Source: a virus
Taxonomy: Duplodnaviria; Caudoviricetes
Virus record (IMG/VR): IMGVR_UViG_3300035663_000078
Location: 1 to 28,006 of that record
DNA: 28,006 nt
Strand: one strand, 5' to 3'
Part shown: positions 1-10,506 of the stretch, piece by piece
Layout of the letters: every line of letters starts with the position of its first letter
Numbering within the stretch: position 1 is the stretch's first letter
Translations under genes and position numbers: made by a program
The notes under the pieces: model-generated
The model's database searches: none
Told to the model about the DNA's origin: nothing
The model's input: the letters and a program-made list of their open reading frames with translations, nothing else

Positions 1-1
1 A

Positions 2-3000
2 AACGCTGTGCTTGGTACATTCAGCGGAAATGTTACTGCAAATGCTTTTGTAAGTACAAGCACAAGTGCACCATCTATTACAAGTAATGGTGCATTAACA
101 TTAACTGCAAATAGTAATATTAATTTTGGATCAGCAGGTAACGCAAATATATTAGTTGTAACAGGAACAGGTGTAAACGTTACAGGTACATTAAATGCAA
201 CGGGTAATGCTAATGTAGGAAATCTTGGTACAACAGGATTGGTTGTTGCAGGTGTAGCCAATCTCGGTGCAGTTGGTAACGTTATTATTACAGGTGGTTC
301 AAATGGACAAGTTCTTTCAACTAACGGTAGTGGTAATTTAAGTTGGATATCAGTTAGTACTAGTAGCATTAGTAACGGTAATAGTAACGTAAATATACCT
401 GCTGCTAATGGTAATGTTAATATTTCAGCAGTAGGTAATGCAAATGTAGTAGTTGTAACAGGTACGGGTATTAATGTTTCAGGTACATTAAATGCAACGG
501 GTAATGCAAACGTTGGTAATTTGGGAACAAGTGGGGAAATTATTGCAACGGGTAATATTACTGCTAGCTCATTTATTAGTACAAGTTCAAATTCACCATC
601 AATTTCTAGTGCAAATAATTTATTAATTACATCAAATACTGCAGTAAGCATTAGTAATATTAATGTTATATCAAATGGAACAAGTAATTTATCTATACCT
701 GCGGCTAATGGAAATGTTACCATTTCTTCAGCAGGTAATACTGTATTAGTTATTACAGGAACAGGTGTAAACGTTACAGGTACTATTAATGCCACACAAG
801 CACTAGATGGAAACACAGCAAACTTTAGTGGTAATGTTGTCGTACCAAACTTAACTGTAAATCTTGAATTAGATGGCAATACTGCTAACTTTAATAGCGC
901 AACAATAGGTAACTTTGTTGTATCTAGTACTGCTAATTTAGGTAATGTTGGTAACGTTATCATTACAGGTGGTAGTAATGGGCAAGTACTTACCACTAAT
1001 GGCAGTGGTAATTTAAGTTGGGCTAATTTAACAGCTACGTCGATTGAAAATGGAACATCCAACGTAAGCATTCCTACAGCAAATGGCAATGTAGTTATTT
1101 CTGTTAACGCTAATTCTAATGTATTAACTGTTACAGGAACAGGAATTAACGTATCAGGTACGATTAATGCCACACAATCACTAGATGGAAACACTGCTAA
1201 TTTCAGTGGCAATGTCATTGTACCAAACCTCACAGTTAATACTGAATTAAGTGGAAATACAGCTAATTTTAGTGGTAATGTGCAAGTTGCTAATTTAGAC
1301 GTTAATTCAGAAATTAGTGGTAATACCGCTAACTTCAGTGGTAATGTTATTGTACCAAATCTTACTGTAAATCTTGAATTAGCAGGTAATACAGCGAATT
1401 TCAGTGGTAATGTAGTTGCACCAAATCTCACAGTTAATACTGAATTAAGTGGTAATACAGCTAATTTCAGTGGTAACGTACAGGTTAATAATTTAGACGT
1501 AAATGCAGAAATAAGCGGTAATACCGCTAATTTCAGTGGTAATGTTGTCGTACCTAACCTTACCGTAAACCTTGAATTAGATGGAAATACTGCTAACTTT
1601 AACAGTGCAAATGTCTCTGATTTAGTGGTAGCTAACACTGCAAATCTTGGTAACGTAGGTAATGTCACCATTACAGGTGGTAGTAATGGTTACTTCTTAA
1701 AGACAAATGGCAGTGGCGCACTTGATTGGGCAGCAATAAGTACTAGCAGTATCAGTAATGGCAATAGTAATGTAGATATCCCCACAGCAAATGGAAATGT
1801 CACTGTAAGTGTGGCAGGTAACGCAAATGTATTAGTTGTAACAGGTACGGGTATTAATGTATCAGGTACTATCAATGCTACGCAATCAATAGATGGAAAT
1901 ACAGCTAACTTCAGTGGTAATGTTGTAGTTCCTAATTTAACAGTTAATAACGAAATTTCAGGTAATACAGCGAATTTTAGCACAAGTGTTCAATCACCAT
2001 TAATTACGGTAACAGGTAATAGCAACGTTGGATTAATCACCAATGGTAATAGCAACATTGGGATTACAGCCAATGGAAATATTGCTATAAGTTCTACAGG
2101 TACTGCTAACGTATTGGTAGTTTCAAGTGGTGGTACAAATATTACAGGTAACTTAGATGTTACACAAGAATTGACAGGTAATACAGCTAATTTCAGTGGC
2201 AATGTTATAGTACCAAACCTAACAATTAATCTTGAATTAGATGGAAATACAGCTAATTTTAACAGTGCAAATGTTACAGATTTAATCGTTGCAAATACTG
2301 CAAACCTTGGTAATGTAGCTAACGTCATTATTACAGGTGGTAGTAATGGTCAAGTCCTTTCAACTAATGGTAGTGGTAACTTAAGTTGGGTATCAATTAG
2401 TACAAGTAGCATTAGTAATGGCAATAGTAATGTTGCAATACCTGTAGCGAATAGTAATGTTGAAATATCTGTAGCAGGTAATGCAAATGTAGTGGTTGTC
2501 ACAGGTACAGGTGCTAATGTTTCAGGCACTGCAAATATCACAAGTGATATTATTGGTGGTGGTAATTTAAACATCAGCGGTAATGCTGTAATTGGTGGTA
2601 ACTTAACTGTTGATGGTAATTTAGTTTATGTCAATGTCACTGACTTGGCAGTACAAGATCCAATTATTCAGTTACAAGTAGAACCAAATGGCGCACCATT
2701 AACTTCAAACACAGGTAAAGATGTTGGTACTGCACTTAACTATTATGATACTAGTGCAAAAGTTGCATTCATGGGTTGGGATGTAAGTAATGCGGAAATT
2801 GGTTTTGGTTCACAAGTATCGATTTCAAGCGAAGTAGTAACATTTACTGAACATGCAAACATTCGTGCAGGTAATGCGGTACTAGGTAATTTAGCATCAG
2901 CAAATTTTGTTAATGTTTCAAGTAATTTAACCGTTAATTTAGAACTAGATGGTAATACAGGTAACTTTAATAGTTTAACAATAGGTGATTTAGTTGCTTC

Positions 3001-6000
3001 TAATACAGCCAACTTGGGTAATGTTGGTAACGTCATTATTACGGGTGGTAGTAATGGACAAGTATTAAGTACCAATGGAAGTGGTAACTTAAGTTGGGTA
3101 TCAATCAGTTCAAGTAGTATTAGTAATGGCAATAGTAATGTAGACATTCCCGCAGCGAACGGAAATGTTACTGTCAGCGTGGCAGGTAATGCGAATATAT
3201 TAACGGTAACAGGTACAGGTATTAATGTATCAGGTACCATCAATGCTACACAGTCATTAGATGGTAACACTGCTAACTTTAGTGGTAATGTAGTTGTTCC
3301 AAATCTTACTGTAAATCTTGAATTAAGTGGTAACACTGCTAACTTCAGTGGTAATGTACAAGTTGCTAATTTAGATGTTAATAGTGAACTAAGTGGTAAC
3401 ACTGCTAACTTTAGTGGTAACGTCATTGTACCAAATCTATCAGTCAACCTTGAACTTGCAGGTAATACAGCTAACTTTAGTGGTAATGTACAAGTTGCTA
3501 ACTTAGATGTTAATTCAGAAATCAGTGGTAATACAGCTAACTTCAGTGGTAATGTTATAGTTCCTAATTTAACTGTAAATCTTGAGTTAGATGGAAATAC
3601 AGCTAATTTTAATAATGCTACAATTTCTGATTTAAGTGTATCAAATACAGCTAATTTAGGTAATGTAGGTAATGTTACCATTACAGGTGGTAGTAATGGT
3701 TATTTCTTGCAAACAGATGGTAGTGGGAATCTTGATTGGGCACAATTAAGTTCAAGTAGCATTAGTAATGGCAATAGTAATGTATCAATACCTGTAGCAA
3801 ATAGTAATGTTGAAATATCTGTAGCAGGTAACGCAAATGTAGTGGTTGTCACAGGCACAGGTGCTAATATTACAGGTACATTGAATGTATCAGGCAACGC
3901 AAATGTTGGCAATCTAGGTGTAGCAGAAGTTTTAGCTACAGCAAATGTAACTGCACCACAATTAATATCAAATATAAGCACAGGTACTGCACCATTAGTT
4001 GTAACATCAACAACCGTGGTTGCTAACTTAAACGCAAATGCACTACAAGGAAATACGCCAAGCGATACAGCAACAGCAAACAGTATTGCACAAAGAAACG
4101 CAGATGGTAATATTACTGCTAATTTCTTTATAGGTAATGGCAGTCAATTAACAGGTATTACTGCAACAAGTATATCAAATGGTAATAGTAATATAAACAT
4201 TCCTGCTGCCAATGCCAATGTTAATATTTCTGCAGTAGGTAATGCCAATGTACTAGTTATCACAGGAACAGGAATTAATGTTGCAGGTACTATTAACGCC
4301 ACACAAGCACTAGATGGAAACACTGCTAACTTTAGTGGTAATGTCGTTGTACCTAATTTAACTGTAAATCTTGAGTTAGCAGGTAACACAGCAAACTTTA
4401 GTGGTAATGTACAAGTTGCTAATTTAGACGTAAATGCAGAAATAAGTGGTAACACAGCTAACTTCAGTGGTAACGTAATAACACCTAATTTAACTGTAAA
4501 TCTTGAATTAGATGGCAATACAGCTAACTTTAATAGCGCAACGATTGCAGATTTAATAGCATCTAATACTGCTAATTTAGGTAACGTTGGTAATGTCATT
4601 ATTACAGGTGGCAGTAACGGTCAAGTACTTACAACCAATGGTAATGGTAACTTAAGTTGGGCTAATTTAGCAGCTACATCAATTGAAAATGGAACATCAA
4701 ATGTAAGTATTCCTACAGCAAACGGTAATGTAGTTATTTCTGTCGATGGTAACGCAAATGTTGTAACATTTACATCAACTGCATTGGTTACAGGAAATGG
4801 ATCAGGCGGTAATATTACAGGTGTTGATGTATTGTCAGCAAGCACTGCTAATATTTCAGGTAACGTTATTGCTAATAATATTAATGTTAATGCTAATCTT
4901 ACCACAGCCAATTTTTCAGCAACAACAGCCAATTTGGGTAACGTTGGTAATTTAACGATTTTAGGTGGTACTGCAAATTATGTATTGTCAACTGATGGTT
5001 CAGGTAATCTATTTTGGCAGTTTATAAGTGGATCAGGATCACCATCAAACTTAGTTAATGGTAACAGTAATATTGATATTCCTGCAGCCAATGGTAATGC
5101 AACAATTAGTGTGGCAGGTAATGCAAACGTATTAGTTGTAACAGGTACAGGTATTAATGTTGCAGGAACGATTAATGCAACACAGGCGTTAGATGGCAAT
5201 ACAGCTAACTTTAGTGGTAATGTTGTCGTACCAAACTTAACCGTAAATCTAGATCTAGCAGGGAATACAGCTAATTTCAGTGGGGATGTTGAGTTTGATG
5301 CAAACATCTTAGTAAATTTAGAATTGACAGGAAATACAGCTAGCTTTAATAATGCTAACATTGTAGATATTATAGTTTCTAATACAGCAAACTTAGGTAA
5401 TGTTGGTAACGTTACAATTACAGGTGGTAGTAATGGTCAAGTTTTAAGTACTGATGGTAACGGTGTATTAAGTTGGTCTACTCCATCAAGTGGATCAAGT
5501 TCAAATATCGCTAATGGTAACAGTAATGTAAGCATCAGTACTGCAGGTGGCAACATTGATTTTTCAGTAAACGGTACAGCAAATGTATTCCAAGTAGCAG
5601 CAGGTGGTAACTTAGTTGGTAACTTTATTAAAGTTTATTCTAACGGACAAACTATTTTAGGTAATGCAGCAACATCTAATATTGCAAATGGTATTGCAAT
5701 TGGACATACTGCTAATTCATTTGGAACTTATGGTATTGCAATTGGTCAATCATCGAAAGCAGGGCCTGGTGGGGTAAGTTTAGGTCGTTCTGCGTTTTCA
5801 AACGCAAATAGTATTGCTATTGGAAATGCTGCTTTAGGTGGATTCGGTGCAGGAGCTAATGTTGTAGAATCAATCGCAATTGGTTCAGAAGCATTATTAT
5901 TTGGCGGTGCTACTTTAATTACAGGTGCTGTATTTGTTGGAACACGTGCAGGTTCTATTGTACAAGCGGGTGGCACAGGAGCAGTTGCAGTAGGGTGGGA

Positions 6001-9000
6001 AGCAGGTGGGTCTAATAGTTCTTACGTTTTTACAGGTTCAGGTAATAGATTTATTGCAATTGGTAATGTTGCAGGTTATAAACCACCTAATGATGATTCT
6101 ATCGTAATTGGTTCAAATGCAGGTTGGAACGCAGGTAGAAATACAAATGGTATTACGCTTGACACAAATGCCGCTAATATTATAGCAATTGGAACTTTAG
6201 CAGGACAAAGTGCAAATGGTAATTATAACATTGCAATTGGTGCAAACGCAGGATTTACAGGTAATAGTAATTCTATAGCGATTGGTGCAAGTACAGGTTC
6301 TAATGCAGCAGCTAATTCAATTTCAATCGGTGTTAATGCAGGTGCAAGCAATGTTGGTGCTAATGCCATATTAATTGGTGCAAATGCAGGTGTAGGTAAT
6401 GCAACTGCAGCTAATGTTATTGTTTTAAATGCAACAGGTGCGAATTTAGAAGCAACCACTGCGAACACATTTACAGTAAAACCCGTACGTCAAGCTAATA
6501 CAGCAAACGTCATGTACTATAACAGTACAACAGGCGAAATATCATATGATGTATTATCAGGTGGATCATCAATTGCTAATGGAAACAGTAACGTTTCAAT
6601 TCCTGCTGCAAATGGTAATGTCAATATTTCTGCAGTAGGTAATGCAAACGTAGTAGTTGTAACAGGTACAGGCGCAAATATTACAGGTAGTTTAGGTGTA
6701 AGTTTAGATATAGTTGGTAATACAGCTAACTTTAGTGGTAATGTCATTGTACCAAACTTAACAGTTAATCTAGGGTTAAGTGGAAATACTGCTAACTTTA
6801 GCGGTAACGTTATCGTACCTAATTTAACAGTAAATCTTGAATTAGACGGAAATACAGCTAACTTTAATAGTGCAACCATTGTAGATTTTGTAGCTTCAAA
6901 TACTGCAAACCTAGGGGCAGTGGCAAATGTCATTATTACAGGTGGTAGTAATGGACAGGTTCTTTCTACTAACGGAAGTGGTAACTTAAGTTGGGTATCA
7001 ATTAGTTCAAGTAGCATAGCTAATGGCAATAGTAATGTAGACATCCCTGCTGCTAACGGTAATGTCAATATTTCATCAGCAGGTAATGCAAATATACTAG
7101 TTGTTACAGGTACAGGAGTTAATGTATCAGGAACGTTTAACAGTACCGCTAATGCTACTGCTGCAAATTTTGTCACAGTAGGTGGATTATACTCACCTTA
7201 TCATTATGACGCTCAAACAGGTGTGTCACATTTATTTGTTGGTAATACATTAATTAATCTTGTTGTAAATACTGTAAATCAAGCTACCTTTACAGCATAT
7301 GGTTTATCACTTGGAAATACAGGTAATACTTCTCCATCACCTAACGTTCTTCAAATTGGAACTAACGCCCAAGCAGTTTATGCTAACAATATAGCTATTG
7401 GTCAAGGTGCTAGAGGCAATGGATCATCAGGTAATTCAATCGCTATTGGGCATACTACTTTAGCGGGTTCAAGAGGAATCGCTATAGGATCAAATTCAAG
7501 AACAGGTGATGGCAATTTTGATTCAATAGTGATAGGTGCTAATGCAGGAGCAAGTGATACAGCAAATAATACGATTATACTTAATGCAAGTACTTCCGCA
7601 TTAAACGCAACCACTGCGAACACATTTACAGTAAAACCCGTACGTCAAGCCAACACTGCAAATGTCATGTACTATAACAGTACAACAGGCGAAATATCAT
7701 ATGATGTATTATCAGGTGGTGCGCTTATATCAAATGGTAACAGTAACGTAAATATACCTGCTGCTAATGGCAATATTAGCATGTCTGTTGCAGGTAACAC
7801 AAATGTAGTAGTTGTTACAGGTACAGGGGTTAACGTAGCGGGTACATTGAATGCAACAGGTAATGCAAACGTAGGAAATCTAGGTACAGGTGGCTTAATT
7901 GCTGCAACAGGTAATGTAAGTGGTGGCAATTTTACTACTGTAGGAGTTGTTGAAGCTACAGGTAATATTATAACATCTGCAAATATTGTTACAGACTTTA
8001 TTTTAGGTAAAACAAATAGTGTAACAATTGCTGCAGCAGGTACTAACCAAGATATTGAATTAAAACCAAGTGGTACAGGTGTAGTTGATGTATGGGGCGC
8101 AAAAATATCTAATCTTGCTACTCCTGTTGCAAGTACAGATGCTGCTACAAAAGATTATGTTGATCAAGTTGCACAGGGATTACATACACACGCAGCTGTT
8201 GCAGCAGCAACACCTGACACATTGGCGAATGTTACTAGTGGTACGATCACTTACAATAACGGTACTTCAGGAGTTGGTGCAACATTAACAACAACAGGTA
8301 GCTATACAACTATTGACGGTGTAAACATTGCAAGTTCAGGTACAAGAATTCTTGTTAAGAACGAAGCCAATGCTGCACATAATGGTATCTATACTTACAC
8401 AAGTTCAACAGTTATTACACGTGCTACTGATTTTGATACACCAACTGAAATGGCAGGTGGTGACTTTACATTTGTTCAAAACGGTACATTATACAATGAC
8501 ACAGGATGGGTGATGGCTGATCCTGTTACTACAGTTGGAACGACTGCAGTAAATTGGATACAGTTTAGTGGTGCAGGTACATACACAGCAGGTACAGGTT
8601 TAACATTAAACGGTACACAGTTTAGTATTAGTAACACAACAGTCACTGCTAATAGTTATGGTAATGGTGATGTTGTTGCAACATTTACTGTTAACAGTCA
8701 AGGTCAAATAACTTCCGCAGCTAATACTGCTATTACAGCAAATGCAGCTAATTTAACAGGAACAACACTAGCATCAAGTATCGTAACATCAAGTTTAACA
8801 ACAGTTGGTACATTAGGGTCATTATCAGTAACAGGTAATATCACATCAGGTAATGCTAATTTAGGTAATTTAGTAACTGCTAATTTCTTTACAGGTACAT
8901 TAACCACTGCAGCACAACCTAATATTACAAGTGTTGGAACATTAAGTACATTAACAGTCAATGCAGTAACATATGCAAACACTGATGGTACAAACGGTCA

Positions 9001-10147
9001 AGTTCTTACAACATATGGTAATGGCATTACTTATTGGTCAACTGTTACAGGCGGCGGTGGTGGGGGCGCATCTATTAGTAATGGTACGTCAAACGTTAAC
9101 ATCGCAACCGTAGATGGTAATGTAACAGTTGGAGTTGCAGGTAATGCAAATATATTAACTATCACAGGAACAGGTGTTAATGTAAGTGGTACATCAAATA
9201 CAACGGGTAATTTAAGTGCAGGAAATATTTCTACAGGTGGTGTACTAAGCGTTACAGGAAATGCTAATGTTGGTAATTTAGGTACAGCAGGATCAATTAT
9301 TGGTCGCACACTTGAAAGTAATGTTGCACAAGGTACTGCTCCAATTATTGTAGCTTCAACCACAAAAGTAACTAATTTAAATGCAGACTTATTAGATGGT
9401 TATGATACTGCTACTGCAGCAACAGCAAATACAGTAGTAGTACGTGATGCAAATGCAGATATAACTGCAGCAAACATTATTGGTACACAGGGTAGATTTA
9501 GTGCTAATGTTACAAGTCCTGTATTGATTTCTAATGTATCTACAGGTACTGCTCCATTAACTGTAACAAGCACAACACGTGTTGCTAACTTAAATGTTTC
9601 ACATGCAAATGTTGCAGATCTTATTAGTATTAGTGATGTTAATACAGGTACTTATTATCCTATTTTAGCTAATGCTGCAACAGGTAATGTATCTGAAGGA
9701 TCAAACGCAAATCTTTCGTTTAATGCTGCAACAGGAGCATTGAGCACAACATCGTTAACTACAACGGGTAAAGTTACTATGGGTACTGTTCAGTATGCAA
9801 ATACTGATGGTACAAATGGTCAAGTTTTAACAACGTATGGTAATGGTATTACTTATTGGGCAACAGCAGCAGGTGGTGGTGGAGCAAGTATTTCCAATGG
9901 TACATCAAACATAAATATAGCTACATCGGATGGAAATATTACTGCGGGTGTTGGTGGTACAGCTAATGTATTAATTTTAACAACAACAGGTGCAAATATT
10001 ACAGGTACATTTAATGCTACAGGTAATGCAAATGTTGGAAATATTGGTGCAGCAGCAGGGGTGTTTACAGGAAATGTAACATCAAATGGACAACAACTAA
10101 CAACCACAGGTAAAGCAATTGCGATGGCTATAGTTTTCGGAGGATAA
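2..10147 (+). CDS. Giant repetitive Asn/Gly/Thr-rich fibre or adhesin-like virion protein, >3380 aa, 5'-truncated
   Basis: Frame is open from position 2, so the start lies upstream. Built from recurring modules (SSISNGNSNVxIPxANGNV, 22-aa GNTANFSGNV repeats, GGSNGQVLxTxGxGNLSW), two AIG-repeat heads, a KISNLATPxxxTDAATKDYVD neck-like motif and an RILVKNE..NGIY domain seen in phage fibres. Ends GKAIAMAIVFGG. Confidence 0.85.
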   Translation, partial: NAVLGTFSGNVTANAFVSTSTSAPSITSNGALTLTANSNINFGSAGNANILVVTGTGVNVTGTLNATGNANVGNLGTTGLVVAGVANLGAVGNVIITGGSNGQVLSTNGSGNLSWISVSTSSISNGNSNVNIPAANGNVNISAVGNANVVVVTGTGINVSGTLNATGNANVGNLGTSGEIIATGNITASSFISTSSNSPSISSANNLLITSNTAVSISNINVISNGTSNLSIPAANGNVTISSAGNTVLVITGTGVNVTGTINATQALDGNTANFSGNVVVPNLTVNLELDGNTANFNSATIGNFVVSSTANLGNVGNVIITGGSNGQVLTTNGSGNLSWANLTATSIENGTSNVSIPTANGNVVISVNANSNVLTVTGTGINVSGTINATQSLDGNTANFSGNVIVPNLTVNTELSGNTANFSGNVQVANLDVNSEISGNTANFSGNVIVPNLTVNLELAGNTANFSGNVVAPNLTVNTELSGNTANFSGNVQVNNLDVNAEISGNTANFSGNVVVPNLTVNLELDGNTANFNSANVSDLVVANTANLGNVGNVTITGGSNGYFLKTNGSGALDWAAISTSSISNGNSNVDIPTANGNVTVSVAGNANVLVVTGTGINVSGTINATQSIDGNTANFSGNVVVPNLTVNNEISGNTANFSTSVQSPLITVTGNSNVGLITNGNSNIGITANGNIAISSTGTANVLVVSSGGTNITGNLDVTQELTGNTANFSGNVIVPNLTINLELDGNTANFNSANVTDLIVANTANLGNVANVIITGGSNGQVLSTNGSGNLSWVSISTSSISNGNSNVAIPVANSNVEISVAGNANVVVVTGTGANVSGTANITSDIIGGGNLNISGNAVIGGNLTVDGNLVYVNVTDLAVQDPIIQLQVEPNGAPLTSNTGKDVGTALNYYDTSAKVAFMGWDVSNAEIGFGSQVSISSEVVTFTEHANIRAGNAVLGNLASANFVNVSSNLTVNLELDGNTGNFNSLTIGDLVASNTANLGNVGNVIITGGSNGQVLSTNGSGNLSWVSISSSSISNGNSNVDIPAANGNVTVSVAGNANILTVTGTGINVSGTINATQSLDGNTANFSGNVVVPNLTVNLELSGNTANFSGNVQVANLDVNSELSGNTANFSGNVIVPNLSVNLELAGNTANFSGNVQVANLDVNSEISGNTANFSGNVIVPNLTVNLELDGNTANFNNATISDLSVSNTANLGNVGNVTITGGSNGYFLQTDGSGNLDWAQLSSSSISNGNSNVSIPVANSNVEISVAGNANVVVVTGTGANITGTLNVSGNANVGNLGVAEVLATANVTAPQLISNISTGTAPLVVTSTTVVANLNANALQGNTPSDTATANSIAQRNADGNITANFFIGNGSQLTGITATSISNGNSNINIPAANANVNISAVGNANVLVITGTGINVAGTINATQALDGNTANFSGNVVVPNLTVNLELAGNTANFSGNVQVANLDVNAEISGNTANFSGNVITPNLTVNLELDGNTANFNSATIADLIASNTANLGNVGNVIITGGSNGQVLTTNGNGNLSWANLAATSIENGTSNVSIPTANGNVVISVDGNANVVTFTSTALVTGNGSGGNITGVDVLSASTANISGNVIANNINVNANLTTANFSATTANLGNVGNLTILGGTANYVLSTDGSGNLFWQFISGSGSPSNLVNGNSNIDIPAANGNATISVAGNANVLVVTGTGINVAGTINATQALDGNTANFSGNVVVPNLTVNLDLAGNTANFSGDVEFDANILVNLELTGNTASFNNANIVDIIVSNTANLGNVGNVTITGGSNGQVLSTDGNGVLSWSTPSSGSSSNIANGNSNVSISTAGGNIDFSVNGTANVFQVAAGGNLVGNFIKVYSNGQTILGNAATSNIANGIAIGHTANSFGTYGIAIGQSSKAGPGGVSLGRSAFSNANSIAIGNAALGGFGAGANVVESIAIGSEALLFGGATLITGAVFVGTRAGSIVQAGGTGAVAVGWEAGGSNSSYVFTGSGNRFIAIGNVAGYKPPNDDSIVIGSNAGWNAGRNTNGITLDTNAANIIAIGTLAGQSANGNYNIAIGANAGFTGNSNSIAIGASTGSNAAANSISIGVNAGASNVGANAILIGANAGVGNATAANVIVLNATGANLEATTANTFTVKPVRQANTANVMYYNSTTGEISYDVLSGGSSIANGNSNVSIPAANGNVNISAVGNANVVVVTGTGANITGSLGVSLDIVGNTANFSGNVIVPNLTVNLGLSGNTANFSGNVIVPNLTVNLELDGNTANFNSATIVDFVASNTANLGAVANVIITGGSNGQVLSTNGSGNLSWVSISSSSIANGNSNVDIPAANGNVNISSAGNANILVVTGTGVNVSGTFNSTANATAANFVTVGGLYSPYHYDAQTGVSHLFVGNTLINLVVNTVNQATFTAYGLSLGNTGNTSPSPNVLQIGTNAQAVYANNIAIGQGARGNGSSGNSIAIGHTTLAGSRGIAIGSNSRTGDGNFDSIVIGANAGASDTANNTIILNASTSALNATTANTFTVKPVRQANTANVMYYNSTTGEISYDVLSGGALISNGNSNVNIPAANGNISMSVAGNTNVVVVTGTGVNVAGTLNATGNANVGNLGTGGLIAATGNVSGGNFTTVGVVEATGNIITSANIVTDFILGKTNSVTIAAAGTNQDIELKPSGTGVVDVWGAKISNLATPVASTDAATKDYVDQVAQGLHTHAAVAAATPDTLANVTSGTITYNNGTSGVGATLTTTGSYTTIDGVNIASSGTRILVKNEANAAHNGIYTYTSSTVITRATDFDTPTEMAGGDFTFVQNGTLYNDTGWVMADPVTTVGTTAVNWIQFSGAGTYTAGTGLTLNGTQFSISNTTVTANSYGNGDVVATFTVNSQGQITSAANTAITANAANLTGTTLASSIVTSSLTTVGTLGSLSVTGNITSGNANLGNLVTANFFTGTLTTAAQPNITSVGTLSTLTVNAVTYANTDGTNGQVLTTYGNGITYWSTVTGGGGGGASISNGTSNVNIATVDGNVTVGVAGNANILTITGTGVNVSGTSNTTGNLSAGNISTGGVLSVTGNANVGNLGTAGSIIGRTLESNVAQGTAPIIVASTTKVTNLNADLLDGYDTATAATANTVVVRDANADITAANIIGTQGRFSANVTSPVLISNVSTGTAPLTVTSTTRVANLNVSHANVADLISISDVNTGTYYPILANAATGNVSEGSNANLSFNAATGALSTTSLTTTGKVTMGTVQYANTDGTNGQVLTTYGNGITYWATAAGGGGASISNGTSNINIATSDGNITAGVGGTANVLILTTTGANITGTFNATGNANVGNIGAAAGVFTGNVTSNGQQLTTTGKAIAMAIVFGG
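1187..1600 (+). repeat. 66-bp (22-aa) tandem coding repeat, 6 full units plus a partial
   Basis: GNTANF codons recur at 1187, 1253, 1319, 1385, 1451, 1517, 1583. Confidence 0.9.
3263..3610 (+). repeat. 66-bp (22-aa) tandem coding repeat, 5 full units plus a partial
   Basis: GNTANF at 3263, 3329, 3395, 3461, 3527, 3593; PNLT/SVN and ANLDVN variants alternate. Confidence 0.9.
4316..4531 (+). repeat. 66-bp (22-aa) tandem coding repeat, 3 full units plus a partial
   Basis: GNTANF at 4316, 4382, 4448, 4514; shorter arrays also near 5195 and 6716-6865. Confidence 0.85.
6452..6564 (+). repeat. 113-bp direct repeat, copy 1 (copy 2 at 7607-7719)
   Basis: Manual alignment gives 109/113 identity; encodes ATTANTFTVKPVRQANTANVMYYNSTTGEISYDVLSGG. 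Confidence 0.9.
7607..7719 (+). repeat. 113-bp direct repeat, copy 2
   Basis: Offset 1155 nt from copy 1; four synonymous differences. Confidence 0.9.
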
Positions 10148-10149
10148 AA

Positions 10150-10506
10150 ATGGCAAACCCAAATATTGTTAATGTAACACAAATTTATGGAATTAGTAAC
10201 GTAGCTGCACTTACATCAAGTACCGCAAATATTGTGACTAACCCATCAGGTAGTAATGAAGTATTAAAATTAAACTCAGTTTCTGTTGGAAATTATTCAG
10301 GTGCTAATATTACTTGTAATGTTATGATTAATAGAAGCGGGACTGTTTATTATTTTGCGGGTAATGTTACTGTTCCATCTTATTCAACATTAATTGTTGT
10401 TGGTAAGGATAATGGTGTTTATCTTAATGAAGGTGACGTTTTACAAGCAAATTGTAACGCAAGTCCTGCAGGAACAATTATTGCATCTTATGATGAAATT
10501 GGATAA
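10150..10506 (+). CDS. Small beta-rich virion-associated hypothetical protein (118 aa)
   Basis: GGAGG SD near 10139, 2-nt gap after the fibre gene; beta-strand pattern ending LNEGDVLQA..IIASYDEIG. Confidence 0.8.
   Translation: MANPNIVNVTQIYGISNVAALTSSTANIVTNPSGSNEVLKLNSVSVGNYSGANITCNVMINRSGTVYYFAGNVTVPSYSTLIVVGKDNGVYLNEGDVLQANCNASPAGTIIASYDEIG

Noticed and set aside
1187-3610. 66-bp periodic array as CRISPR
   Set aside because: Units are degenerate at third codon positions, in frame, and have no unique spacers
6452-7719. 113-bp repeat pair as a DGR template/variable repeat
   Set aside because: Both copies are in-frame coding, differences are synonymous and not adenine-specific, and no reverse transcriptase is in the window
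1690-10182. Many minus-strand ORFs (LKLAVLP-rich) opposite the giant gene
   Set aside because: Antisense shadows of the repetitive, codon-biased + strand gene; no RBS or independent motifs
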